IMG/VR virus record: IMGVR_UViG_3300031994_000011
Location: 1 to 64,000 of that record
DNA length: 64,000 nt
Reading direction: 5' to 3' (one strand)
From: a virus
Lineage: Duplodnaviria; Caudoviricetes
The translations under genes and the position numbers were made by a program. The notes below the pieces were generated by a model that saw only the letters and a list, made by a program, of their open reading frames with translations, did not search any database and was not told the origin of the DNA. Shown piece by piece: positions 1-10,381 of this stretch (position 1 is its first letter; each line of letters opens with the position of its first letter).

Positions 1-8
1 TCCGCGCA

Positions 9-347
9 TTAGGAATGAAACAAGCGCAACTTTCCATTGATGCGCGGCGGAGCATCCTTTTTTACAACAGGATGATATTCCCACCATTCGGAACCGTCAT
101 ATTCCTGACGATCGTAATAACTACCGTCATTCATAACAATTTTCAAACTGCTATCAACTTCCTGCCTACCATAGCCGCTATCATAAATTTGATCCGCTTT
201 TTCTTCAAACAAGTCAAACGGAATAGAACGTTCAGCACGAGACTGAAAATCATAAATACTAATGTAGTTTACAGAGCCCGGCCAAACATATCCTTCATCA
301 ATCAACGCTTCCTTCGTTTCAGTAAGAAGATTCTTCATAATTCTCAC
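9..347 (-). CDS. hypothetical phage protein (EYDGSEWW motif)
   Basis: 112-aa ORF downstream of a minus-strand TTGACT-N17-TATACT promoter (~387-415); the EYDG-x-E motif recurs in 7531-7863. Confidence 0.7.
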   Translation of the reverse strand: MRIMKNLLTETKEALIDEGYVWPGSVNYISIYDFQSRAERSIPFDLFEEKADQIYDSGYGRQEVDSSLKIVMNDGSYYDRQEYDGSEWWEYHPVVKKDAPPRINGKLRLFHS

Positions 348-620
348 CTTTCTGGTTTGTGCAGTGCCCTTCTGCTTTATGTATAAAGTATAGCATATAA
401 CATAAGAAAAGTCAAATCAGAAAATTGGATGTATTACATCCAAATTCCAAATTTATCCACCAGTTAGACACCTCTAACCACCGCCTTAAATTTCCAACTT
501 TTACCAAGTTTGACTTTTTTTTGAAACCAGTTTTCCAATTTTTGACAGAAGTTCTCCCAGAAGCTGGAAAACCACACCAAAGAAGCTGGAAGCTGGAAAA
601 TATATACAAAAATAATAGGA

Positions 621-639
621 GCTGGATAAATTATCCAGC
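621..639. repeat. 19-bp palindrome GCTGGATAAATTATCCAGC, copy 1
   Basis: Identical copy at 2315-2333. Confidence 0.85.
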
Positions 640-2004
640 ATCCTATTCAATAGCAGTCCGCGCTGCTACCAGCTGCATAAAATCATTATCAGCTGCTATT
701 TCCACATCATGCCATTCACCAGTGATATAATAGCACTGAATCTGCTTTCCATTTATACGCTTACGCTTACTCTATATTTTGTATCCAATTACTGGTAAAT
801 ACTCCTTCAATCTATTCCACGTCATTACACGATTGATATTATGATTGTTCTTACTTATCTCAGGTACATTCATATAAGCTGCCAGCTAACGGCATTTTTC
901 CAAAGTTAACCAAGTATTCATGTACTAAGCTGGAATCTATGGCGCCAAAACTTTCAAATGCCGTTGATACTAAAAAGTCTGACGAGCTGCTTGTATGCGG
1001 TCCACTTGATTTACAGAATCAATGATTACGTGGTCAAAGCGCTTATCAACAATTGTAATGCCGCGAGCCAGCGCTTTATTGACAATAACAAAGTCATACT
1101 ATAGCGGAACAAGTCCCGTAGTAACTATAATATTATACACACGGCGCTGCTATTCATCCATCGGTTTCTATTCATTCTGTAAAGAATGTAATTCAATAGC
1201 CTTAAAACCACGCGCATTAGCTGCTTTTACCAATTCTTGATTCGGCTAAATCAAAGGAGAATAGCACCAATAACCCCTGTTTAATTCAGGAGTAAGCTGG
1301 TTAATATGCTATACAATGTTACAGAAGTAAATGTCTGTAGCCGCGCGGTATCCCATCTCTAACTTACCCTGATAACTTGCGCTCACTAGCGATTTATAAT
1401 AAGCATACGCCCGCTACGGAGAAGCTGAAAGACCAATACACATAATCTAACCTAGCTAAATAATATGTTGCCACGCACCCAAAAGTATTAAAGGCATATA
1501 CTCCTTCTTTGTGGAATGAGTTTGTATAACAGAGAGTACCTATGCATTTGATACATTTTTGCGCGCAAAGTCTGTTCTCCTGGCTTTTATGAAAGCCTAC
1601 GTCGCAAAATCAAATATGCTGTCGCACTAATCCCAGCATATAACATCTATCTACTTTAAGAAATCAGTATCCTACTTTATAAATTTCATGCCAAGGCGCT
1701 GATAACACATCACTCCAATTTTATTTATATCCTATTCTGACCAAAGTTTCCGACCAGTCTCCCATAGGTCATCCGCTTCAACGCAGCTGTCTCCATACTA
1801 AGTTAGAAGCTGCTACTTCAGCGCGCTGGTGTCTACCAAAAAAAGAATCCTATGTAAATTACCATCCCTGGTAAATTGTGCCAAGTTGTTTACGGCCCAG
1901 TAAGTCTTACCTGTACGGATACCGCAATCCAAGATGTTATAGTCGCCGCGCCGGAAAATTAATTTTTTCTGCTACTGTAAATCAGTAACTGTGGTTTTCT
2001 ACAT
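631..2004 (-). CDS. superfamily-2 helicase-like protein (457 aa, many in-frame TAG)
   Basis: Hand translation is open from ATG 2004 to TAA 631 if TAG is sense. Walker A CGIRTGKT, Walker B VICWD*CD, motif III LSASP*R, motif VI-like QAARQ; GGAGG RBS. Confidence 0.85.
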
Positions 2005-2030
2005 CCTACCACCTCCTCTATTCTACTTAT

Positions 2031-2059
2031 AGTATATCATAATTTTTATCTGTTGTCAA
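2031..2059 (-). promoter_or_regulatory. sigma-A/70 promoter of helicase gene
   Basis: TTGACA-N17-TATACT on the minus strand. Confidence 0.75.
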
Positions 2060-2719
2060 ATATTTGACTCGTTTTTTTGATAGCAAAAATTTATGAAATT
2101 ATATATACACAAATCTACGCTTTTCTTATTTTTATTAGTTTATTTTGTAATTATCAAAAACGAGTATTTTTCTGAGTACCCCCCCCCCCCCCTATATAAG
2201 AGGTACTCAAAAAAAAGCTCACTTTTTTTACTATAGCGATTTCGCTAATATATATATTATAATATATATAATAACTTATTTAGTAACTTATCTAGTAACT
2301 TATTGAGGTAAGAAGCTGGATAAATTATCCAGCAAGTAGTTAAATTTGTTAATGGGTAGGTTATTTTTATAACTTGTCAAGTATTTGACTTGTAGGTATA
2401 TTTTCTATTTTTTTTATTAAACAAAAAAATAATAAAAAAGAAAATAACTAAAATTATTATTTTTATTACAAATTTTTATTGAAAAATGATAAAAATTTTA
2501 AAGTTAAATATTTGACATTATAGTGAAATTTTGCCACATCCTACCTCCTAATACCCCATACCTATGTAGTCGGATTTTACCACCTCAAATTTCCCCCTAC
2601 CCACGATTTTTTCACCACCCCACCAACCCACGCCCACCCAACATACTTTTTTCCTACCTACTTCCTCACCAAGTACATTAGATGTAATTTTATTAACCCC
2701 ATTTTCTTCTTTTATTTAC
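2060..2719. other. probable replication origin / divergent control region
   Basis: ORF-free AT-rich tract with hairpins, AGTAACTTAT repeats and a poly-C run; gene orientation flips here and the plus strand changes from C-rich to G/T-rich. Confidence 0.55.
2315..2333. repeat. 19-bp palindrome GCTGGATAAATTATCCAGC, copy 2
   Basis: Identical copy at 621-639. Confidence 0.85.
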
Positions 2720-2748
2720 TTGACATTAAGAAAATTTTTTGATATAAT
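2720..2748 (+). promoter_or_regulatory. sigma-A/70 early promoter (one of ~15 near-identical copies in the window)
   Basis: TTGACA-N17-TATAAT; similar elements near 5330, 9929, 17092, 31152, 44886, 45605, 46586, 48028, 50514, 52301, 55241, 56125, 61689, 61906. Confidence 0.85.
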
Positions 2749-2766
2749 AATAGTATAGAAAGAGGA

Positions 2767-3642
2767 GTGATTTTGATGAGGGAAGTTTATGTGACGATAG
2801 GGCCGTCAGGTACGGGTAAAACATACTGGGCAACACATACCTTTGATGGCGTTGTGTTTGATTCGGATAGGTATAGAGAGATTGTGTGCGGTGACAGCAT
2901 GGATCAGAAGCACAATGATGAAGTTTTTAAGAGACTGCATAAGGATTTGTTTGATTACTTGGAGAAAAATGAGAATGGGAATTGTTGCTTTTGTGCGACC
3001 AACCTGGGTTATAAGTTTAGACACAGATTTATTCAGGAATGTAGAAAAAAGTTTAATGAGATGAGAATTGTGGCAGTTGTGTTTGTGGCGCCATTGGAAG
3101 TTTGTTTGAAGAATATTGAAAAGAGAAGCAGAAAGGTTCCTGAGTATGTAGTTAGGCGCCAAATTTCACAATTTCAAATTCCATTTAAAAATGAGGGTTG
3201 GGATAGTATACGGATAGCCCCTGCCTATGGCTATACCCCTGACGAATTTGATAATGAAATTTTAAATTTGGTTTGGGAATTTGGAAATCAAGATAACCCC
3301 CATCATAATTTCACTTTACAAAAGCATTTAGAGCAAACTATGTCACTTATGATATATGAGAGTAATGAGTCACCCCTACGAGTGGCGGCCTACTTACATG
3401 ATATAGGAAAGATTTTTACTAAAGTGTTTGATGATAAAGGTATTGCGCATTATTATGGGCACGAAAATTGGTCTGCGTATCTTGCGTTGTGTTGCGGCTA
3501 CTCACTAGAGGTAGCAACTTTGTGTAATTATCATATGTTACCTTATAATGAGCAAGGAATACCTACTTGGCGCGCAAGATTGGGCGATAAGCTTTGGAAC
3601 AAGATAATGTTGTTACATGAGTGCGATAGGAGGGCACATTGA
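2767..3642 (+). CDS. polynucleotide kinase (P-loop, AAA_33-like) fused to HD domain
   Basis: GPSGTGKT, DSDRYRE, ATN and R..VP..V motifs; C-terminal H...LHDIGK...GHE...YHM HD motif. Confidence 0.85.
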   Translation: MILMREVYVTIGPSGTGKTYWATHTFDGVVFDSDRYREIVCGDSMDQKHNDEVFKRLHKDLFDYLEKNENGNCCFCATNLGYKFRHRFIQECRKKFNEMRIVAVVFVAPLEVCLKNIEKRSRKVPEYVVRRQISQFQIPFKNEGWDSIRIAPAYGYTPDEFDNEILNLVWEFGNQDNPHHNFTLQKHLEQTMSLMIYESNESPLRVAAYLHDIGKIFTKVFDDKGIAHYYGHENWSAYLALCCGYSLEVATLCNYHMLPYNEQGIPTWRARLGDKLWNKIMLLHECDRRAH

Positions 3643-3889
3643 TATGGGTGAAACAAATTATGTAATTTTTATTGTTTTTATGTTAGTAATAGCCGCAATT
3701 TCATTTTGGAATTGGGATAATAATGGTGGTAACGCATGGTAAAAGTAATTTTACAAAAGTGCCCCCTACTTTTAATTGTATGTAAGTAGTGCGAAGCACT
3801 TTTGACATTTCATTTTGAAGATGTAAGAGATAGTTATATTGTTTGTCCTATTTGCGGCAACAAGGTGCTAACCCCTGTTATGGATAGAT

Positions 3890-4351
3890 ATGATGGGGTT
3901 ATTAGAAGAGAAGGAGAAATTTAGAAAAATGAATGATAAGCATATGTTTAAGGCTGCGCGCGAAATAAGTTTGGAATCGGATTATTGCGATGGTAGAGTA
4001 AAGGTTGGTTGTGTTATTGTTTATAAAGGAACTGTACTTGCTAAGGCTTGTAATAGTGATAAAACACATCCTGCGCAGGATAAATATAATGCTTATAGAT
4101 TTAATAAGAGACCGCATTTGTATACCCCCTCTAAAGGGCATGCAGAAGTATTGGCGGTTTCAAGAATAAAGTATTTGGATATTGATTTTAGTAAGGTTCA
4201 TGTATTTGTTTATAGGGAGTTGAAAACTGGTGAATTGGGACTGTGTAGGCCATGTAATGCTTGCCTAGCCGCGATTCGTGAATTGGGAATTAAGCATATT
4301 CATTATACGACGTATGATGGATTTTGCCATGAGGTTTTGAAATATGAATAA
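3890..4351 (+). CDS. cytidine/dCMP deaminase-superfamily protein
   Basis: VGCVIV, HAE and RPCNAC zinc motifs. Confidence 0.85.
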   Translation: MMGLLEEKEKFRKMNDKHMFKAAREISLESDYCDGRVKVGCVIVYKGTVLAKACNSDKTHPAQDKYNAYRFNKRPHLYTPSKGHAEVLAVSRIKYLDIDFSKVHVFVYRELKTGELGLCRPCNACLAAIRELGIKHIHYTTYDGFCHEVLKYE

Positions 4352-4522
4352 GTTAGATTGGTTTTGTATCATTTCAGGTTTGATTTTAGCTACTGTTTGC
4401 GGATTTCATTTAGCCTATTATAATTTTAAGTTGCTCCCCCTTATGGGATGTTTTGGAGTAGTAATGGGATTCGCTGATGTTTTAGTTGGTATTAGTGATT
4501 TATTAAGAAAGGGGTTTTAATT

Positions 4523-5311
4523 ATGAGTACTCTTGGTGATAGAATGAGGGCCTATGAGGATGTGAATAGAAATTATCTTACCGCGCGCCTACCTGTTATT
4601 TTGCGCCTTGATGGTAAGAATTTTTCTAATTATACAAAGGGATTTAAGCATCCTTATGATGAAAGATTTTTGGAAGCTATGCGGCGCACCGCAAAAAATT
4701 TGTGCGAGAATGTTGAGGGTTGTAAGTTTGCTTATACGCAGTCTGATGAGATTTCATTGCTACTTGTAAGCTATCGTAATTTGGATACACAGGGCTGGTT
4801 TGCTAATAACATTCAGAAGATGGTTAGTGTTGCCGCTAGTATGGCTGCCATTTATTTTTATCGCAATATGTGGGATGTAATTGATGAGTTTGCGGCCCAC
4901 TCTGATGATTATGAATATATTGATAAGATTAACAATATTTTGGATACTAAGTATGCGACTTTTGACTGTAGATGCTTTGTGCTACCTAAAGAAGAAGTTG
5001 TAAATTATTTTTGGTGGCGGCAATTAGATTGTAATAGAAATGCTGTTATGGGCGCCGCTAGGGAGTACTATAGTAGTAAGGAACTAATGAATAAAAGCAC
5101 CGCAGATAAACTTAATATGATGGCACAAGATGAAGGCATCAATTGGGAAGAAGATTTCCCTTGTTTCTTCCGTAGAGGAACTGGTGTTTATAAGGATTAT
5201 TATACAGTTCCAGGTGTAGACCAGGTTGATTGTTTGCGCTCTAAGTGGATGTTTGATATGAATCTGCCTTTATTTGTAAATGATAGAGAATATCTTGAAA
5301 AATTTATTTAA
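4523..5311 (+). CDS. tRNA(His) guanylyltransferase Thg1-like protein (3'-5' polymerase)
   Basis: LRLDGKNFS, YTQSDEISL, FDCR and YFWWRQLD motifs. Confidence 0.92.
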   Translation: MSTLGDRMRAYEDVNRNYLTARLPVILRLDGKNFSNYTKGFKHPYDERFLEAMRRTAKNLCENVEGCKFAYTQSDEISLLLVSYRNLDTQGWFANNIQKMVSVAASMAAIYFYRNMWDVIDEFAAHSDDYEYIDKINNILDTKYATFDCRCFVLPKEEVVNYFWWRQLDCNRNAVMGAAREYYSSKELMNKSTADKLNMMAQDEGINWEEDFPCFFRRGTGVYKDYYTVPGVDQVDCLRSKWMFDMNLPLFVNDREYLEKFI

Positions 5312-5386
5312 TGTAAAAAATGGTAATAGTTGATTTCATTTCAAATTTATGATATAATATATATGTAAGAAAGGAAAGGAGATAAG

Positions 5387-6193
5387 TTGATGAGTAAGAA
5401 GATTGAAATTTTTCAGCATTTTGAATCCGTTCTGGATGAGTTGATTAAGCGTTCGGTATTCTTCAAGACTTATCTCCAGTATCCCGAGTATATAGATAAT
5501 GAAGTTCTCGGCGGGCAGGGTGGTATTCCCGCTAATATTTCCCTTGCTACTGGTGTAACTAGGGCGTGTATTATTGATAATGATTATGATTGGGTAGTTA
5601 AGTTTGATATTGGAGAAGATGCGCGCGGCAGTGCTTGTGAGCGCGAGAATTATACTTACAAGCGCGCTCAGATGTATAACCTTTCTCAATATTTCTCTGA
5701 AGTAATTTATCTTGGTGTATATAGAAAGACTTATACGTTTTATCAGGGATGGAAAGTTGCTAGTACTCTTTACTATGACGATTTCAGTTATACTGATAAT
5801 GACTACGCGCGCAGCTTTTTTAAGTACAAAGATAAGTTCGGTTCTTTGGAACAAATTACTGTGTCAATCCCTCTGTATGCCTATCGTAAAGTTAATCAAG
5901 AAGGCTTCTATGCTAATTCTGAATGTACCAATGAAATTGAAAATGAAATTAGCAACACTCAGTCTCCATTGTCCGCAAAGAATAAGCAGGTTGCGATTAA
6001 CTTTATTAGTAATTACGGTGCACGCGAATATGAAAAGTTAACTGACTTCTTGTATGAAATGGACATTAACGATTTTCATAGTGGTAATGTTGGTTTTGTT
6101 GATGATAAATTTGTATTGATCGACTATGCTGGTTATTATGACCCCGATTGTGAGAGTAATGAAGAGGAGGAAAATGATAGATGGAACTCTTAA
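5387..6193 (+). CDS. protein-kinase-fold hypothetical protein
   Basis: GVTR...VVK, E helix, DFHSGNVG catalytic-loop-like and IDYAG DFG-like motifs. Confidence 0.6.
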   Translation: MMSKKIEIFQHFESVLDELIKRSVFFKTYLQYPEYIDNEVLGGQGGIPANISLATGVTRACIIDNDYDWVVKFDIGEDARGSACERENYTYKRAQMYNLSQYFSEVIYLGVYRKTYTFYQGWKVASTLYYDDFSYTDNDYARSFFKYKDKFGSLEQITVSIPLYAYRKVNQEGFYANSECTNEIENEISNTQSPLSAKNKQVAINFISNYGAREYEKLTDFLYEMDINDFHSGNVGFVDDKFVLIDYAGYYDPDCESNEEEENDRWNS

Positions 6194-7329
6194 ATTTTAT
6201 GAACGCGCATGAGGACTGGGAGCGGCTTCTATCTCAGCCTCCTTATTGCTTAACTATTAAGCATGATGGTGAATATGTTTTGTTGAAGTATGACCAGATG
6301 CTTAGTGATATGACTTTGGAAATTTGTCTTGAGGCGCGCGGCGCTATTTTTCGGCAGGATAATGAAGGCCATTGGTGGTGCGCGAGCTACGGTCTGAAGA
6401 AGTTTTTTAACTATAATGAAGTCTATTCTGACTTGAAGAATATTGATTGGAATAACTGTAGGGTTAGTGAAAAGGTTGACGGTAGTAACATCAGAATTTA
6501 TATGGATAATGGTGTTTGGCACGTTTCTACCTTGGGATGTATTGATGCATTCAAGGCCGAATTTGAAAATGGTTTGAGCTATGGCGATTTGGTTGTTAAG
6601 GCTTGCGGCGGCAACCTTGAGAATTTAACTAAGCAGCTCCAGCCTGGCTTCTGCTATATCTTTGAACTTACTGGCCCTAATAGAATTGTAATTAACTATG
6701 GTGATACTCCGTATTTGTGGTATCTTGGGCGGCGCAATCAGATTACTTTTAAGGAGAATTTTGATGAAGTAAAGTTTGAAGGATTGACTATTTTCCGGCC
6801 CGCAGTTTTTGAACTGAAGACTCTGGCAGCTTGTATTCATGCTATTGAAACTATGGGAGGGGATGAAGAAGGTTATGTAGTTACTTCCATTGATAAGAAT
6901 GGTGAGCCGCATAGAGTAAAGATGAAGGGTGCTGAATATCTGCGGCTTCATGGTTTGCGTTGTAATGGTACTCTGACTGTTACTAAGGTTTTGAAGATGT
7001 GGCGCGCCAACGAACTGGATGACTTTGTTAGTGCTTTCCCTGACTATCAGGAGTTTGTGAATAGCGTCTTTGATGGTATGAACCAGCTCGCGGAAGAAAT
7101 TGAATATAACTATGACGAAATTATAAAGACTGGCGGTGAAAGAAAGGATTTGGCGCGCATAGCTTATACCTATATTCCTCCTACCCCCGGTTATGTATTT
7201 CAGCGGCTTGATAATAAGGTAGAGTCTGGTTTGGATTATTTGAATACCTTGAGCACTACTAGACTGAGCAGCTATTTGGCTCGCTTTGTAAAAGATAAAG
7301 ACCATGTTGGGGTGGTGGAAGATGAGTAA
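6181..7329 (+). CDS. T4 Rnl1-type RNA ligase
   Basis: EARG, KFFNYNE, EKVDGS (motif I), EGYVV, VKMK. Confidence 0.88.
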   Translation: MELLNFMNAHEDWERLLSQPPYCLTIKHDGEYVLLKYDQMLSDMTLEICLEARGAIFRQDNEGHWWCASYGLKKFFNYNEVYSDLKNIDWNNCRVSEKVDGSNIRIYMDNGVWHVSTLGCIDAFKAEFENGLSYGDLVVKACGGNLENLTKQLQPGFCYIFELTGPNRIVINYGDTPYLWYLGRRNQITFKENFDEVKFEGLTIFRPAVFELKTLAACIHAIETMGGDEEGYVVTSIDKNGEPHRVKMKGAEYLRLHGLRCNGTLTVTKVLKMWRANELDDFVSAFPDYQEFVNSVFDGMNQLAEEIEYNYDEIIKTGGERKDLARIAYTYIPPTPGYVFQRLDNKVESGLDYLNTLSTTRLSSYLARFVKDKDHVGVVEDE

Positions 7330-7534
7330 GTGTGAGAACTATCACTACGGTGATACTTGTAATAAAAATGGTATATTACGCTCTTGTTCATGTAAGGGAA
7401 ATATAGAATACTGCACGGAAAAAGTAGTAAATTTATATGATGTTGCTGGATATATTATACATAGCACGAACAAAGTAAAACTTGAACTTATTATTGACAT
7501 GGCAGAAGAAAGAATAAAGGAGATTAGTAAATGA
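7322..7534 (+). CDS. hypothetical protein
   Basis: ORF translationally coupled to its neighbours. Confidence 0.6.
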   Translation: MSKCENYHYGDTCNKNGILRSCSCKGNIEYCTEKVVNLYDVAGYIIHSTNKVKLELIIDMAEERIKEISK

Positions 7535-7863
7535 AATATTATTATAATGAAGATAAAACCGCTATCGGCGCTCTTATTAGTTTTGGTTATGGTAATGGTT
7601 GGTCTAGTAATAATAACAACGAAGTTGGTTTGGCTCTTGATAGGGATGTAATTTCCTATTGGTTCTATTATAAGGACAACCGTACTGAAGAAGAACTGGA
7701 AAAAGACTTCGCGCGTATGGGGTATGATGTTGATAATTTTTATGGATGGAAAGATATTCAGCTAGTGTGGATCCCTGTTGGTGCTACCTTTAGAATTGCA
7801 GAATATGATGGCGCGGAATATGTGGAAATTTTTGATGCCAGCAAATGGATTACGATAAAATGA
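7531..7863 (+). CDS. hypothetical phage protein (GYGNGWS / EYDGAE motifs)
   Basis: 110-aa ORF with RBS. Confidence 0.7.
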   Translation: MKYYYNEDKTAIGALISFGYGNGWSSNNNNEVGLALDRDVISYWFYYKDNRTEEELEKDFARMGYDVDNFYGWKDIQLVWIPVGATFRIAEYDGAEYVEIFDASKWITIK

Positions 7864-8133
7864 TTGCATTTTTGAGATATAACGGACATTATTATTGTTC
7901 GTATTGCCTCATGCGGCAGAAAGAATTGCGCGAACGATGTGAATTTTGCGGCGCCAGCTTTAGTAATTATGAAGAGATGCTGTTGAAATGGTATGAAGAT
8001 AGTAACTCCCCTGAATAAGGGGATTTTTGTCGTTCCGTAATCAACTTTTTATAAAAAAATTAGAATGTGATAAAAAATAATAAAATTATTTCAGAAGATA
8101 CAATTATTAGTAATTAGAAGAAAGGAAAATGAT

Positions 8134-8343
8134 ATGCTTACGCAGGAACAACTACTTGATTATATTGATAAGAATTATAACTTCCATCTTATGGATTATC
8201 AGAAAACTGTACTATGGGAATTTTATAAGAAATGGAAGACTGATGGGGATTTTGTTTTTACTTATAGGCGTCGCAATGGGAAGATGTTTATGTATCAGAT
8301 AATGAAGGAACTTTTAGAATATGAGCATCAGATGAAAGAGTAA
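8134..8343 (+). CDS. hypothetical protein
   Basis: ORF with AAGGA RBS. Confidence 0.6.
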   Translation: MLTQEQLLDYIDKNYNFHLMDYQKTVLWEFYKKWKTDGDFVFTYRRRNGKMFMYQIMKELLEYEHQMKE

Positions 8344-8436
8344 GGATTTTTATACTTTGATATTCATCAACTAATACTTTTTTTCTAGTAAGAGAAGAAA
8401 CTGCAGTAGTTCTCTTATTGTCTTTATACCTATCCA

Positions 8437-8652
8437 ATGGAGGTGAGAAAAGTGGAAGTAATTAACAAACTAATTGCCCTAGAGCAAATGGGCATTCCTC
8501 AAACTTTACTTGCGCAATATTGTCATTGCCATAAGACTTCAATTAGTAAATTAGTTCACGGCGAATGTAATCCGAGTGAAAAAATGCTAATTCTTATTGA
8601 AGAAGGATTAAATAGATTTGTAAATGAAATTAACGAAAAGATGGGTGAATAA
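8437..8652 (+). CDS. XRE-type helix-turn-helix protein
   Basis: GIPQTLLAQYCHCHKTSISKLVHGECNPS HTH pattern. Confidence 0.75.
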   Translation: MEVRKVEVINKLIALEQMGIPQTLLAQYCHCHKTSISKLVHGECNPSEKMLILIEEGLNRFVNEINEKMGE

Positions 8653-8655
8653 GTA

Positions 8656-8823
8656 ATGAAACTTTATGCTATTTTTTCACGGCGTATTGTAGTTGAACTT
8701 GAAAAACGCGGCTTCAAGGTGGTAAAAATGGCGCCAAATCGGCACAAACCAGATTTAAATGTATATTATTTTGAAGAAACCCCTGCCCTACGCCAAGCCG
8801 CCCAAGAACTTATTAGTAAGTAA
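8656..8823 (+). CDS. small protein, DUF5659-like (55 aa; not in ORF track)
   Basis: MKLYAIFSRRIVVELEKRGFKVVKMAPNRHKPDLNVYYFEET; coupled to the HTH gene. Confidence 0.6.
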   Translation: MKLYAIFSRRIVVELEKRGFKVVKMAPNRHKPDLNVYYFEETPALRQAAQELISK

Positions 8824-8863
8824 GTTCTTGATTCCAAAATACTATCTAGACGGATGTGATATT

Positions 8864-9193
8864 ATGAATGAAAAAGCAATTGCTTTAACAAGTGATGTAG
8901 ATAAATCAGAATATAGTGAAGCGCGCTATTTGTCAATCGCGCCGCTAATGTTTCAAAAAATAAATGAAAAAATACCAGGTAAATGTGGCAATCAACGAAC
9001 GCTACTTATATATCTTATTGGACAACAACAGAATGGAAGTTTTCATCCTTCTGAGCAAGCTATTTGTAAAGCATGCGGTTTTACTACTGCATCAAGATAC
9101 AGAGAAGCACGCGAAGCGCTTTGTACTTTAGGTTTCTTAACTCATATTCCTTACAAAGAATTAAGAATTAACTATAAAGAAATTATGAAATAA
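8864..9193 (+). CDS. winged-HTH / replication-initiator-like protein
   Basis: LLIYL...FHPSEQAICKACGF...YREAREALCTLGFL pattern; followed by iteron-like repeats. Confidence 0.55.
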   Translation: MNEKAIALTSDVDKSEYSEARYLSIAPLMFQKINEKIPGKCGNQRTLLIYLIGQQQNGSFHPSEQAICKACGFTTASRYREAREALCTLGFLTHIPYKELRINYKEIMK

Positions 9194-9278
9194 CCCTATG
9201 TGGCGGGCGGGCTTTGCCCGCCCCGCCCGCCACACAATTATTATATTTTTATAATATATATATTTATTATATTAAGGG

Positions 9279-9426
9279 TCCGCTCAACGGTTGTTTTAAA
9301 TTTAATTCACGCAGCCGTTCACCGGACGTTTTTAAGTCTGCTCACCGGACGTACAGCCGTTCAACGGTTGTTTTAACCTATATATAAAATTTATATTAAA
9401 AATAAACAGCCGTTCAACGGCTGTTT
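9279..9426. repeat. iteron-like repeats (CAGCCGTTCA(A/C)CGG core)
   Basis: About five related units, the last being the palindrome AAACAGCCGTTCAACGGCTGTTT, in AT-rich DNA. Confidence 0.75.
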
Positions 9427-9473
9427 AAATAAATAAACTAAAAATATGGCGGCTTCGCCGCGAAAGGACTTAT

Positions 9474-9677
9474 ATGAATAAAATAAAAGTTAAATCAAAA
9501 CTTATAATAGAAACAGAATATGAATTTGACGAAAGCAAGTGCTTTCTTGAACCCGGTGAGAGTATAATAGACTACGTAAAGAATTGGATAAACGAGGACT
9601 TTTATAAAGTATTAAATCGTGCGGATAATGTCTTACCAGATTATACATGGAATATTGAACATGAGGTAATAAAATGA
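9474..9677 (+). CDS. hypothetical protein
   Basis: ORF with AAGGA RBS. Confidence 0.6.
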   Translation: MNKIKVKSKLIIETEYEFDESKCFLEPGESIIDYVKNWINEDFYKVLNRADNVLPDYTWNIEHEVIK

Positions 9678-10027
9678 ATAAAAAAGTTTATATAATTAAA
9701 CCATACAACAAATATATTTAGCCCGCCCCATAGGAAAAAATCGTTTCAATTTTTCTTATTCATCAAGTTTGGTATTGTATAAGTGAAACTTCATTATAGT
9801 GGGGCTAGCCCCAGGTTGCGCGCCCACTATTAGAACAAGATGACTATGGTTATCGTATCTATAATACTTATGAAGAAGCGCAAGAATTTGTTCATGTATT
9901 AAAGCAAATTTCAAGATAATGAAAACACTTGACTACCTTTCAAATTTTTGATATAATAATTATAGAAAAAGAAAGGAAGATTTTATGTCAGAATTTATTA
10001 CGAAAGAGCCGCCAGGGGAGGAAAATT

Positions 10028-10381
10028 ATGCGACCGATTGATGCGGATGCGCTATTTAGAAAAGTCAAGACAGAGTGTAATCCGTATGGTAAACCAACCA
10101 TTGGATTTGAAGACGGTAAAAAGGTGATGGACTGGATTGAACAAGCTCCAACTGTCAACAACTGGATTAGCGTTAAGGACAGACCGCCGAAGAAGAGTGG
10201 TTGGTATCTGGTATCACTTGTAAATACACGCACGGGACACAGATGGGAAGTGCCGGTACCAGCTGACTACAGTCACGGGAAGTGGGATTACGCATATCTC
10301 GGAGAAGGTGGCATGCTAAATAACACGGTGACCCATTGGATGCCGTGCCCGAAACCGCCGGAGGAAAGCAAAAATGGTTAA
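10028..10381 (+). CDS. DUF551-like protein (MRPIDADAL...WISVKDRPP...VTHWMP)
   Basis: Typical prophage small-protein motifs. Confidence 0.75.
   Translation: MRPIDADALFRKVKTECNPYGKPTIGFEDGKKVMDWIEQAPTVNNWISVKDRPPKKSGWYLVSLVNTRTGHRWEVPVPADYSHGKWDYAYLGEGGMLNNTVTHWMPCPKPPEESKNG

Noticed and set aside
15-1240. Plus-strand ORFs 15-386, 425-730 and 1022-1240
   Set aside because: They are antisense to the real minus-strand genes or lie in intergenic DNA
9279-9426. CRISPR array
   Set aside because: Units are short, overlapping and irregularly spaced, without unique spacers. Other repeats (32120-35100, 40669-40880) are protein-coding
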